From Promethearchaeia archaeon (GTDB lineage: Archaea; Asgardarchaeota; Lokiarchaeia; Sigyniarchaeales; SOKP01), in NCBI GenBank assembly GCA_046497275.1, contig JAWOFX010000088.1, positions 96,384 through 120,383 on the forward strand: a DNA stretch of 24,000 nt. The letters are read 5' to 3'. The stretch's first letter is position 1; every line of letters starts with the position of its first letter. The position numbers and the translations under genes were made by a program. The notes under the pieces are model-generated. The model was not told the DNA's origin. It made no database searches and was given only the letters and a program-made list of their open reading frames with translations. Shown in pieces: positions 15,938 to 24,000 of the stretch.

Positions 15938-16101
15938 AAGGGATTTATATCAAAGGATATAGAAATCTATTAATTGCTACAAAATAGGAGATTCATCTGA
16001 AAACGAAGTTTCGAATCATCACTTTTATTTCTTATTTATTTATATCGCTAATTCTATTTTTTTTCTTTATTTTATTTTATTCCGTTGATCTTTTTAACAT
16101 C

Positions 16102-18471
16102 TTGACAGATTGGTCTTTTTTTATTACCATTGTTTTCTATATAATAAGCTTAGAAGAGTTCTATGTGTATGTAAAGAATGGTCAGAGAAGTGAACTTTCT
16201 GATATTGTTGCGATTATTTTTTTCTTCTTTTTAATCTATTTTTTAACGAAAGATCTTCTGACCTCTTTAATGGGTTCTTTTTCCATTTATCTTTGGGTTG
16301 GAGTTGCTGAATTAAAGGAATATCCTGTAATAAACAAGATTTTGGTAATTTCTTTAGTGACTTACAATATAATTTTCGTTTCTGGATTAATTTCAAAATT
16401 TTTAAATAATCCTATTGTTTTAAATACTTCTTTTTCCTTTTCCTTTTGGATAATTTTGATTTTAGGATTTATTTTATTCGGACGAAAATATATTGTCGTT
16501 TGGAGATTTATGAGTCCCCAATATCTAACGCTTTTTCTCTATATTCTCGGCTGGATTGGTGTAGTATTCATAAATCAATATACTCCCATCGATTTTCTTC
16601 AATATATTTATATTATTCTAATTCTCATGAATGTATTGATTTATTTCTTTTCTGGATTTTTATTGGATAAACTTCTGGGTATTAAGAGAATAAATAATGA
16701 AAAAATTAATTCCATCGTTAATGAAGTAAAAAAAAATATTGGAATTAATAGTAATGTTAAAATAGGGCTTGGAAAATATCCCATTGTGAACGCAATGGCC
16801 TACGGGCCTTTTTTAGACAAGAGGATTGCGATTATTGCTGAAGATCTTGAAAAAATTCCAGAAGATGAGATAAAGGGAATTATTGCTCATGAATTAGCCC
16901 ATACCAAAGCTAATCATACTTTAATATTAGGGTTTATAACTATATTCGATTTAATTATAAGAGGAATTATTGGATTTCCAGCAACTTATTACGATTACAC
17001 ATTTGGTAATCCTCAAATCCCATTCATCTTTTTTCTCGTGATTAATTTTGGAGTCTATATATTTTTATATTTTTTCGTAAGAATTTTAGAAGGTTTTGCA
17101 GATAGGATTGCTAAGAATTCAGGTTATGGGCAAGAACTTGTAAAAGCTCTCTATAATTTAGAGAGTTTTTATGCTTCAGGCAGAGAAATTGGATTAAATA
17201 CTATGCTATTATGCGAAGAAAAAATCTCCAGAGAAAATAAGATATTAGATTATATGGAAACGGCTCAATATCTCAATAATTCAATTATAAAACCGTCTAA
17301 AATCTCTCTTCTTGGGAATTTCCTTAACTCGCATCCCCCGACTTATCATAGAGTTATAGCAATTTTAAGCGATGAGATAAGTCCTTATAAAGAAACCTTG
17401 TTACCTCTAATGCATCTAAGATCTAAAAATCAGAAAAAATTTGCTCAACAATATAATAAAACAAGAAAAAAATTCAAAGAAATCACAAATCAAAAATTCA
17501 AAGAGATGTTTAATATCGAAGATATATCTAAATTTCTTAGTACTTTGGAACTTAGAGAAAAACACAAACATGAACTTTTCAAAAATTATCTATTCAAAAA
17601 TCTTATTACAGGAAAATATATCTATGGGCAAGTAAGAGATATTAAGTTTGAAAATGATATCAATAATTTCTTCTATGAAATTTTCAATCACGAAACAATG
17701 ATAATTGAAAATTTAAACTCTTCGCACTATACGAAAAAAGAAGTTAATGTCGGTGATCATTATATTTTTTCAAAAAAAAAATTATTGAAGCTAAAAAGGA
17801 TTCAATTTGATGAGGACTATAATAATGGATTTTATTATTTCTCAGATAAATATAATCTTGAAATTAAAAAGGCTATTAAAAAAACCAAAATACCGTTCTC
17901 GGTAGAAAATCTCCAAAATTTTGTCGGTAATGAAGTATTTTTTAAAAAAAGAGGAGTATTAGAAATAGCCCACTGCACCTCTCTTTATGAAAAAGAAGAA
18001 AAATTAGAGGAATATGTGATAAAATTAAAAAACTCTTTTCATGATATTGAAGGATATGAAACTACGGCTTTAAAATTAAAAGAATTACTTATTAAACCTA
18101 AAAATATTCAATTTGAAATTAAGAAAAATGAACAAAATAAGGATGATACCAGAAAAATTTTAAACTGGATATTGAAAAATCAAATTAGAACGTATTTTTA
18201 TTTGAAAAAACCTGTAAATAACTTAGAAATTGGTTATCTTCAAAATATTTTTCATAATTCAGAACAAGAAAAACAAATGAAAAAATTTCCATTATTTATA
18301 GAAATAAGAACAATTTTTAACGAATTTAAAAAAATAAATTTGGAAATAATTGAATTTGTAAGCTTTGCATTCAATACTGGAATTATTCAACTGAAATCTG
18401 AAATAAGCCTCTTTTCAAAAATTGGATATCATCTCTTAAAAAAAATAAAACCACAAAAGATCTATATATAG
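16102..18471 (+). CDS. M48-family zinc metalloprotease (HtpX/Ste24 superfamily) with an extended polytopic N-terminus and a ~360-aa C-terminal domain of unknown function
   Basis: PIVNAMAYGPF...IIAHELAHTKANH (HExxH at nt 16888-16902), two TM helices, then RILEGFADRIA (third-ligand Glu) and NSHPPTYHRVIAIL. About 7 hydrophobic helices precede the catalytic domain. The start is uncertain: TTG at 16102, and the frame is open from 15988. Confidence 0.8.
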   Translation: MTDWSFFITIVFYIISLEEFYVYVKNGQRSELSDIVAIIFFFFLIYFLTKDLLTSLMGSFSIYLWVGVAELKEYPVINKILVISLVTYNIIFVSGLISKFLNNPIVLNTSFSFSFWIILILGFILFGRKYIVVWRFMSPQYLTLFLYILGWIGVVFINQYTPIDFLQYIYIILILMNVLIYFFSGFLLDKLLGIKRINNEKINSIVNEVKKNIGINSNVKIGLGKYPIVNAMAYGPFLDKRIAIIAEDLEKIPEDEIKGIIAHELAHTKANHTLILGFITIFDLIIRGIIGFPATYYDYTFGNPQIPFIFFLVINFGVYIFLYFFVRILEGFADRIAKNSGYGQELVKALYNLESFYASGREIGLNTMLLCEEKISRENKILDYMETAQYLNNSIIKPSKISLLGNFLNSHPPTYHRVIAILSDEISPYKETLLPLMHLRSKNQKKFAQQYNKTRKKFKEITNQKFKEMFNIEDISKFLSTLELREKHKHELFKNYLFKNLITGKYIYGQVRDIKFENDINNFFYEIFNHETMIIENLNSSHYTKKEVNVGDHYIFSKKKLLKLKRIQFDEDYNNGFYYFSDKYNLEIKKAIKKTKIPFSVENLQNFVGNEVFFKKRGVLEIAHCTSLYEKEEKLEEYVIKLKNSFHDIEGYETTALKLKELLIKPKNIQFEIKKNEQNKDDTRKILNWILKNQIRTYFYLKKPVNNLEIGYLQNIFHNSEQEKQMKKFPLFIEIRTIFNEFKKINLEIIEFVSFAFNTGIIQLKSEISLFSKIGYHLLKKIKPQKIYI

Positions 18472-18510
18472 CAATAAAATTTAATTTCAATAGTTTTTTT
18501 TAAAAGTTAC

Positions 18511-19464
18511 ATGTTAGAACGGATACACCATTTAATAAATCTCATAAGAGTAAGACAATATTACAAAAACGTTTTAGTCTTTGTTGGATTGTTCTTTAGT
18601 GTTAATTTATTTACTGTTGAATATTGGTATCCGTTAATTATTGGATTTATTTTACTCTGTCTAACCTCCTCCGTCAATTATATTGTAAATGATATAGTAG
18701 ATATTGAAAGTGATAAGAAACATCCTGATAAGTTAAAAAAAAAACCTCTCGCATCCGGAGATTTATCTATTTCTTTTGCGGTTGGTTTATTGATATTAAT
18801 CGTTTTTATAATTATAATTAGTTTATTATTTATTGTTCCAAATATCCCTTTCGCTATTTTATTACTTTTAATAATTTTTACCGGTCAACTTTATAATCAT
18901 TTTTTTAAAAGATATGCTTTTATTGATATTTTATCTCTATCAACAGGATATTTATGGAGAGCCTTGGCTGGCTGCGTATTGATTAATCAATTTATTTCCG
19001 CATGGTTATTTCTTTCCATATTTGAACTTGCTCTTTTTTTAGTAATTTCAAAAAGAAAAGGAGATCTTATGATATTGGGGAGTAAAGAAGATGCGGTAAA
19101 ACATAAAAAGGTGTATAATCAATATTCGATAAAATTGTTAGATCAATTTCACGTAATAACTGCTGGCTCTATTTTTATGACTTATAGCCTTTATTTAATT
19201 TTCAAGTTCGAATTATTTACTGAGGGTGAGTTTAATCCAAATGAATATATAACAATCCTTACAATTCCAATTATTCTTTTTATATTAATGCGTTATATGT
19301 ATCTTACATCAGCAAAACCCGAGCTAGCAAGAAACATTGAGAAAGCACTTTTTGATAAAGGTATCTTAATAGCAGGAATATTTTTAGGAGCAATTTTATT
19401 ATATTCATTTTATTTTGAACAAATTATAGAAATTCTAAACCTTATTTTTAATTTAAATCTTTAA
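18511..19464 (+). CDS. UbiA-superfamily polyprenyl-phosphate phosphoribosyltransferase-like enzyme (DPPR synthase / Rv3806c-type)
   Basis: IRVRQYYKNVLVFVGLFF (compare RPRQWVKNVLVL). NDIVDIESDKKHPDKLKKKPLASG (NDxxDxxxDxxHPxKxxxPxAxG). Later SKRKGDL...HKKVYNQYS. About 8 TM helices. Family-specific motifs are from memory of the mycobacterial enzyme. Confidence 0.75.
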   Translation: MLERIHHLINLIRVRQYYKNVLVFVGLFFSVNLFTVEYWYPLIIGFILLCLTSSVNYIVNDIVDIESDKKHPDKLKKKPLASGDLSISFAVGLLILIVFIIIISLLFIVPNIPFAILLLLIIFTGQLYNHFFKRYAFIDILSLSTGYLWRALAGCVLINQFISAWLFLSIFELALFLVISKRKGDLMILGSKEDAVKHKKVYNQYSIKLLDQFHVITAGSIFMTYSLYLIFKFELFTEGEFNPNEYITILTIPIILFILMRYMYLTSAKPELARNIEKALFDKGILIAGIFLGAILLYSFYFEQIIEILNLIFNLNL

Positions 19465-19487
19465 AAAAATAATAATTAAAAAAAAAA

Positions 19488-20174
19488 TTGACAAATATCC
19501 GATTAGATCTCCATGTTCATACAACATTTTCGGTCGATTCTTTAATTCCCCCTCAAAAATTAATAAAATATGCCATAAATAAAGGCTTAGATGGCTTAGC
19601 AATATGTGATCATAACACAATTAAAGCTTATGATAAGTTAAAAAGAAATGCTGAAGAGAATGATTTTTTATTAATACCTGGAATGGAGATTGAAACAAAA
19701 GTCGGGGAAGTAATCGGGCTTTTTATTGAAAATGAAATTAATACAAATAATAAGGATTTTTTTGAAATTGTCCATCAAATTAGGGATTGTAATGGTCTAG
19801 TGATCATTCCTCATCCATTTGATTTTTTAAGACGAAATCATCTAAAAACAGATCTATTAAGCGACAAAATTATACAAAAATATATCGATGGTGTAGAAAT
19901 CATCAATTCTCGAATAATTTTTAATTATTGCATCAAAAAAGCTCTAAAATTTAAAAATAAATATAATTTATTTGAAACAGCTGGTTCCGATGCTCATTAT
20001 TACAAAGAAATTGGAAATGGTTTCACTTTAATAAAAAATTTTGATGGAAATTCACTTGATGAGGTTAAGAAGGCTTTATTATCTAAAAAATCAAAAAGTT
20101 TGGGTAAAAGATCTTCCCCTCTTTATCATATGATAACTGTATTAAATAAATTAAAAATGAGACAATACTTTTAA
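19488..20174 (+). CDS. PHP-domain metal-dependent phosphoesterase (COG0613 / TrpH-YciV-like)
   Basis: DLHVHTTFSVDS, AICDHNT, GMEIET, IIPHPFD and GSDAH are the PHP metal-ligand motifs, in order. TTG at 19488 is the only start-like codon between the upstream in-frame stop (19473-19475) and the conserved DLHVHT. Confidence 0.85.
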   Translation: MTNIRLDLHVHTTFSVDSLIPPQKLIKYAINKGLDGLAICDHNTIKAYDKLKRNAEENDFLLIPGMEIETKVGEVIGLFIENEINTNNKDFFEIVHQIRDCNGLVIIPHPFDFLRRNHLKTDLLSDKIIQKYIDGVEIINSRIIFNYCIKKALKFKNKYNLFETAGSDAHYYKEIGNGFTLIKNFDGNSLDEVKKALLSKKSKSLGKRSSPLYHMITVLNKLKMRQYF

Positions 20175-20180
20175 AAAATA

Positions 20181-21338
20181 ATGAGTTCATCTAAAAATCC
20201 CAAAATTTTTGTTGTTAAAACAAAACCAGAAACGGTTTTACAAGATTATCAACGCCTTATGCATATGGCGAATTATATAGATCATTTTTCTAAAGAACAA
20301 AAGATTTTGCTGAAATTAAATTTGAGTTGGTCGAAGTTTTTTCCCGCTTGTTCGAGTCCTCCATGGCAATTGGAAGGAGTTTTAAAAACGATGGTTGGTG
20401 ACGGGTTTAACCCCCGAAATTTGTTTACTTGCGAGAATAGAACAGTTGTCACTAATATCGCACGTGGGTTGAGGGGGAATCGTTGGGCACCCATCATAAA
20501 AGAGTATGGCGTTTGGTTTGTGCCATTAACACGGGTTCCTTTTGTCCCTTATGAATCTCTCCGAGATGAGTTTCTTACATTAAAGAATAAAGAACTTCAT
20601 GCATTGGATTCAAAAATTTTTCCCGATGGATTTAGCATTCCTAAATTCTATCTGAATAAGCCGATCATTCATATGCCAACCATAAAAACTCATGGGCATA
20701 CAGGAGTAAAAAAAGGGAATAGGAGACAGGGTCTTACTTGCTGTATGAAAAACGCATTTGGAGGATTACTTACTAAAAGAAGGCACTTTTCTCATCAATT
20801 TATGTCAGAAGTACTCGTAGATCTATTAATCATTCAGAAACAAATTCATCCAGAAATCATGGGTATTGTTGACGGGACTGTATGCGGGGATGGTGCTGGT
20901 CCACGTACGATGATTCCGAGAATTAAAAATTATTTACTCGGGGGTTACGATCAAGTTGCAGTTGATTCCGTGGTAGCAAAAATGCTTGGTTTTGAACCAT
21001 TAAAGTTGCCCGCAATTAAATTAGCCCATGACGAAGGTCTTGGGTGTGGTGATTTTGATCAAATAGAAATAATAGGTGAAGATATATCCAATGTTAATTG
21101 GAATTTTACTTTGAAACGGAGCTTGGTTATTTGGGGAGATCAAATGGTTAGAAAAGGACCTTTGAGTTTTTTACACCCTCTCTTTCATAATAGGTTATTT
21201 ATGGCACTCCCTATACTTGGAAGCCTAGTTTTTCATGATATGTTCTGGTATCCAACAATAGGAAAACAGAGAATCAAAAAATTTATGACTACAAAATGGG
21301 GGAAATTATTTCAAGAATATCCGGCTGATTCAGATTAG
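20181..21338 (+). CDS. DUF362 domain protein
   Basis: ILLKLNLSW..., MPTIKTHGHTG...LTCCMKNAFGGLL, IVDGTVCGDGAGP and GGYDQVAVDSVVAKMLGFEP match my memory of the DUF362 consensus (KpN..., lKtH..tg.T...KN.fG, vvDg...G.GP, D.vavD.v...lmG.dP). Confidence 0.75.
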   Translation: MSSSKNPKIFVVKTKPETVLQDYQRLMHMANYIDHFSKEQKILLKLNLSWSKFFPACSSPPWQLEGVLKTMVGDGFNPRNLFTCENRTVVTNIARGLRGNRWAPIIKEYGVWFVPLTRVPFVPYESLRDEFLTLKNKELHALDSKIFPDGFSIPKFYLNKPIIHMPTIKTHGHTGVKKGNRRQGLTCCMKNAFGGLLTKRRHFSHQFMSEVLVDLLIIQKQIHPEIMGIVDGTVCGDGAGPRTMIPRIKNYLLGGYDQVAVDSVVAKMLGFEPLKLPAIKLAHDEGLGCGDFDQIEIIGEDISNVNWNFTLKRSLVIWGDQMVRKGPLSFLHPLFHNRLFMALPILGSLVFHDMFWYPTIGKQRIKKFMTTKWGKLFQEYPADSD

Positions 21339-21356
21339 AAAAATATAAAAGAGAGA

Positions 21357-22769
21357 TTAAACAACTTCTAATGTTTCCTCCGGAATTTCACTACAAATCT
21401 TTTCTAGATCTATCCCTCTGTTTTTCAACCATTTCTTCCTTATGAAATAATAGACTATAGCAATAATATATAAACCCATTACAATGAGGATGATATATAA
21501 TTCTGCTAACATTATCGCAAATATAGAAAGAGAACTATAAATTACGTTAAAAACTATTAACGCTAACAAATATTTCTTTTTGATTTTAAATCTAGACTTT
21601 TCTAAGAGTTCTGGATATTTTTTTCTAAGTAAGTATGGAATAAATGCTAAAATAATTGAGGGGATTGCTATAGTCAGAGAATTATAATATTGTAGATCTT
21701 CAAAATTGGGTTGGAATAATAATAATATTATGGATGATATACAGAAAAAAGTAACGGCCCAATGAGGTGTTCCATATCTTTTATTCACTTTCGACAAAAT
21801 ATAAGGAAGCATCCGATCTCTTGCCGCAGAAAACAGATCTCTTGAGTATGCTAGAATGATTGCATGAATCGTTGATGCTATAGCAATTAAAATTAAAATA
21901 TTTAAAAACAATAAGAATACTCCATCTATTCCTATTTGAGTAAATACATCTATAATGGTTATATTTTCGTCTTTTAATGTCGCCTCTTGAAAAACAGTAA
22001 AATCTAAAACCCCTGTCATAATTATTGAAACTAAAATATAGAGGATCAAAATCATAATCAAGGAAATAAAAAGCCCTAAAGGGACATTCCTCTTGGGATT
22101 TTTAATTTCACCACCAATTTCAACAATAGCATTAAATCCCGCAAATGAAAAACTCAATAACACAGCTCCCAGAAATATTCCCATTATCCCCGTAGGAAAT
22201 AGTCCTCCTGTACCAACACCCGTTAATTTATTAATTTCAATGTTAGGAAGACCAAATATTATGAATAATATCAAAATAAGGAAATCCCCTAAGATAGCAA
22301 GAAGTATTTGAACCCATCCCGCAAATTTCACATTAAAAATATTTATAACATAGAATATAACTAAGATGATGATTGCTGAAATATTCAAAGTACCCGGAAT
22401 TAACTCATTGAAATATTGCCCAAAACCAAGAGATAAAAATGCTATTGATCCAATAATGTGTATTATAATTGAAAATAAGACAATGAATCCAATGAAGGAA
22501 TTCAATAATCTCGAAGAATATACCCATGTACCTCCGCTAACTGGAAATGCTGATACAATATAATAAATAATAATAGCATTAATAACATTAGGAATACCAG
22601 CAATTATAAATGCTAACCAGAGTGCCGGACCTGTTTCTGCTGCCGCTGATCCCGTCTGTATTAAAATTCCTGCCCCAACAATATATCCAAAAAGAAAAAA
22701 TACAACAGAAACTAATCCCAGTTCTCTACGTAATTTTTTGTTTTCTTTTTTTCCTTTTTCTTCTACCAT
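21357..22769 (-). CDS. APC-superfamily amino acid/polyamine permease
   Basis: 470 aa, ~12 TM helices. The N-terminal signature LGLVSVVFFLFGYIVGAGILIQTGSAAAETGPALWLAFIIAGI is typical of amino acid permeases. Confidence 0.85.
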   Translation of the reverse strand: MVEEKGKKENKKLRRELGLVSVVFFLFGYIVGAGILIQTGSAAAETGPALWLAFIIAGIPNVINAIIIYYIVSAFPVSGGTWVYSSRLLNSFIGFIVLFSIIIHIIGSIAFLSLGFGQYFNELIPGTLNISAIIILVIFYVINIFNVKFAGWVQILLAILGDFLILILFIIFGLPNIEINKLTGVGTGGLFPTGIMGIFLGAVLLSFSFAGFNAIVEIGGEIKNPKRNVPLGLFISLIMILILYILVSIIMTGVLDFTVFQEATLKDENITIIDVFTQIGIDGVFLLFLNILILIAIASTIHAIILAYSRDLFSAARDRMLPYILSKVNKRYGTPHWAVTFFCISSIILLLFQPNFEDLQYYNSLTIAIPSIILAFIPYLLRKKYPELLEKSRFKIKKKYLLALIVFNVIYSSLSIFAIMLAELYIILIVMGLYIIAIVYYFIRKKWLKNRGIDLEKICSEIPEETLEVV

Positions 22770-22951
22770 TGGTAATGATCTTCTTTTTATGTATATTTTA
22801 ATCTTCTATTTTATTTTACTACCTAATTCTCAATTACCATAATATTCAATTTTTATGATATAGAAAAATATAAAAACCTAATATTGAAAATGAATTAATT
22901 TTTACAAAAAAATTGCTAGTCAAACTCAATCCTTTAATATAAGTATTAAAT

Positions 22952-23821
22952 CTATTTAGGAAATTGTTTTATTAATCTTTTTTGATTGATGATATCAAAT
23001 GCTTCATAAATAGTAATCTTACAATTCAAAAGACCAAAAACCAAAGTTTTGAGAAGCTCAATATTATTGTTCAAAAATGAAATATAATTTAATTCTTTTT
23101 TAAGCTTTTCTTTTATCTCTTTATCTGTTTTTTTCAATTCAAAAAATTTCAAATAGTTCTCTTCATTAACCTTAATCCCTTTTCTCAAAGCTAAAATAAT
23201 AGCTGAAGCTTCGTGTTTAGAGATATTTTGGAATAGTTTATGAAATTTAAATTTTGACGACTTTAATTCATTTATTAAATAGATTATAACTTTCTCTTGA
23301 TTACCGAAAAGACTATAAATTTCTGTGATAAGTTCTAAACTCAGAGGAAATACTCCTCTACCAATCTTAAAAGTAAGTTTTAGTTTACTATTGCTTTCAT
23401 CTTCTACATTCTTAACACAATTTTTAACGTTTGAGAGGAGTTCTTTTTTATTATAGAATGTTTTTGAATAGAAAAAATGTCCATCTAAAAATACAATCAA
23501 TCCAATAGTTTTTCCTGGATCTATTGAAAGTAGTAATTTTGAGTGATTTCCGAAACCACAATGGTAAATCTTAAGAAAATTAAAAAAATACTTATCAAAA
23601 TTCTCTTCATCCTTATATGGAATAAAATTTACTTTTTTATTGTTATAATTATTGATTTTAAAAACTTCTTTTAAGGTTGTAAGAACTATTGAATCAACAT
23701 TTGGAATATGTTGTCCTAAATTCAAGACTGTGAATGGAATTCCTAATTTCTTCAATTCTTTATTGAGTCTGAAGAAAAATTTTGAATTATTTGTAATTAC
23801 AAATACTATTTTTTCTCTCAA
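22952..23821 (-). CDS. Hypothetical protein; possible RNase H-fold (RuvC/YqgF-like) nuclease domain
   Basis: 289-aa ORF with a TTG start, so the N-terminus is uncertain. LLSIDPGKTIGLIVF resembles the first-strand IDPG motif of RuvC/YqgF. KHEASAIILALRKG resembles their C-terminal D/E-x-SA-x-IL helix. The similarity is motif-level only. Confidence 0.45.
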   Translation of the reverse strand: MREKIVFVITNNSKFFFRLNKELKKLGIPFTVLNLGQHIPNVDSIVLTTLKEVFKINNYNNKKVNFIPYKDEENFDKYFFNFLKIYHCGFGNHSKLLLSIDPGKTIGLIVFLDGHFFYSKTFYNKKELLSNVKNCVKNVEDESNSKLKLTFKIGRGVFPLSLELITEIYSLFGNQEKVIIYLINELKSSKFKFHKLFQNISKHEASAIILALRKGIKVNEENYLKFFELKKTDKEIKEKLKKELNYISFLNNNIELLKTLVFGLLNCKITIYEAFDIINQKRLIKQFPK

Positions 23822-24000
23822 ATCAATTAAATCAATGTAATAAAAATTAAAAATTTTAAAGAAACTTCTTCTTTTTAAAACCCTAAATTACATCGAAAAT
23901 GATAAAAATGAAGAATATGTTTATTATTTCTTTATGTTAAAATTTTTTATACGATAAACATCTTCTTCTTATTCAAAGCTCCGTGATTGAAATTTAAATA

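Noticed and set aside
15942-15967. Imperfect inverted repeat GATTTATATC-AAAG-GATATAGAAATC just after the Alg7-like stop codon, considered as a terminator hairpin
   Set aside because: It is AT-only with a bulge and is not followed by an oligo-T run. That is too weak to call in this composition.
16008-16017. GTTTCGAATC resembling the tRNA T-arm sequence GGTTCGAATC (13261-13270), considered as a possible att-site duplicate marking an integrated element next to the tRNA
   Set aside because: Only 9 of 10 positions match, with no extension into the acceptor stem. No integrase or other mobile-element gene lies between the two sites.
18511-19464. Calling the UbiA-family gene the archaeal lipid enzyme DGGGP synthase
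   Set aside because: The HPxK element within the first Asp-rich motif and the N-terminal RQxxKNxLVF motif match my memory of the phosphoribosyltransferase branch, not DGGGP synthase. This needs phylogenetic confirmation.
7273-23840. Other short ORFs in the track: 7273-7566, 7619-7855, 9458-9664, 10262-10474, 11258-11503, 12220-12423, 12897-13082, 13769-13969, 14593-14832, 15409-15624, 16214-16396, 16446-16670, 17441-17635, 20282-20497, 22093-22311, 22366-22563, 22610-22801, 23652-23840
   Set aside because: Most are nested inside longer, motif-supported genes, either antisense or out of frame. The exceptions are 7273-7566, 22610-22801 and 23652-23840, which run past a gene boundary. None has a recognisable motif. 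All were treated as shadow ORFs.
1-24000. CRISPR arrays, transposons/IS elements, prophage or defence-system genes
   Set aside because: I saw no regularly spaced repeats, terminal inverted repeats, integrase, transposase, Cas or restriction-type motifs in any frame of the supplied translations or in the intergenic DNA.

Overview
AT-rich archaeal chromosomal segment, roughly 25-30% GC judged by eye. I could run no searches, so every call rests on motifs read directly from the supplied translations and the DNA. The window holds 21 protein genes (one truncated at the left edge) and one intron-containing tRNA. I found no CRISPR array, transposase, integrase or rRNA. The gene content points to an Asgard (Lokiarchaeia-like) archaeon: a ribophorin I/OST1-like protein, Sec61beta, a Roadblock/LC7 protein, type II methionine aminopeptidase, an Alg7/AglH-type GlcNAc-1-P transferase, and a tRNA with a bulge-helix-bulge intron. 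The most interesting region is 9.8-21.4 kb. It contains a translocon and N-glycosylation neighbourhood (Sec61beta, ribophorin I homologue, DUF354 GT-B protein plus Alg7-like transferase) with no STT3/AglB in the window. This is followed by a tightly packed same-strand block: a large M48 metalloprotease, a UbiA enzyme of the polyprenyl-phosphate phosphoribosyltransferase (DPPR synthase) type, a PHP phosphoesterase and a DUF362 protein. I propose this block as a candidate undescribed route to a lipid-linked pentose donor. Other items worth a look: a Roadblock/LC7 gene paired with a 721-aa zinc-ribbon orphan and no GTPase; a Trm112-type zinc ribbon split by a ~125-aa insert; a tRNA-Gln(UUG) with C at position 33; and several short palindromes and direct repeats in intergenic leaders.
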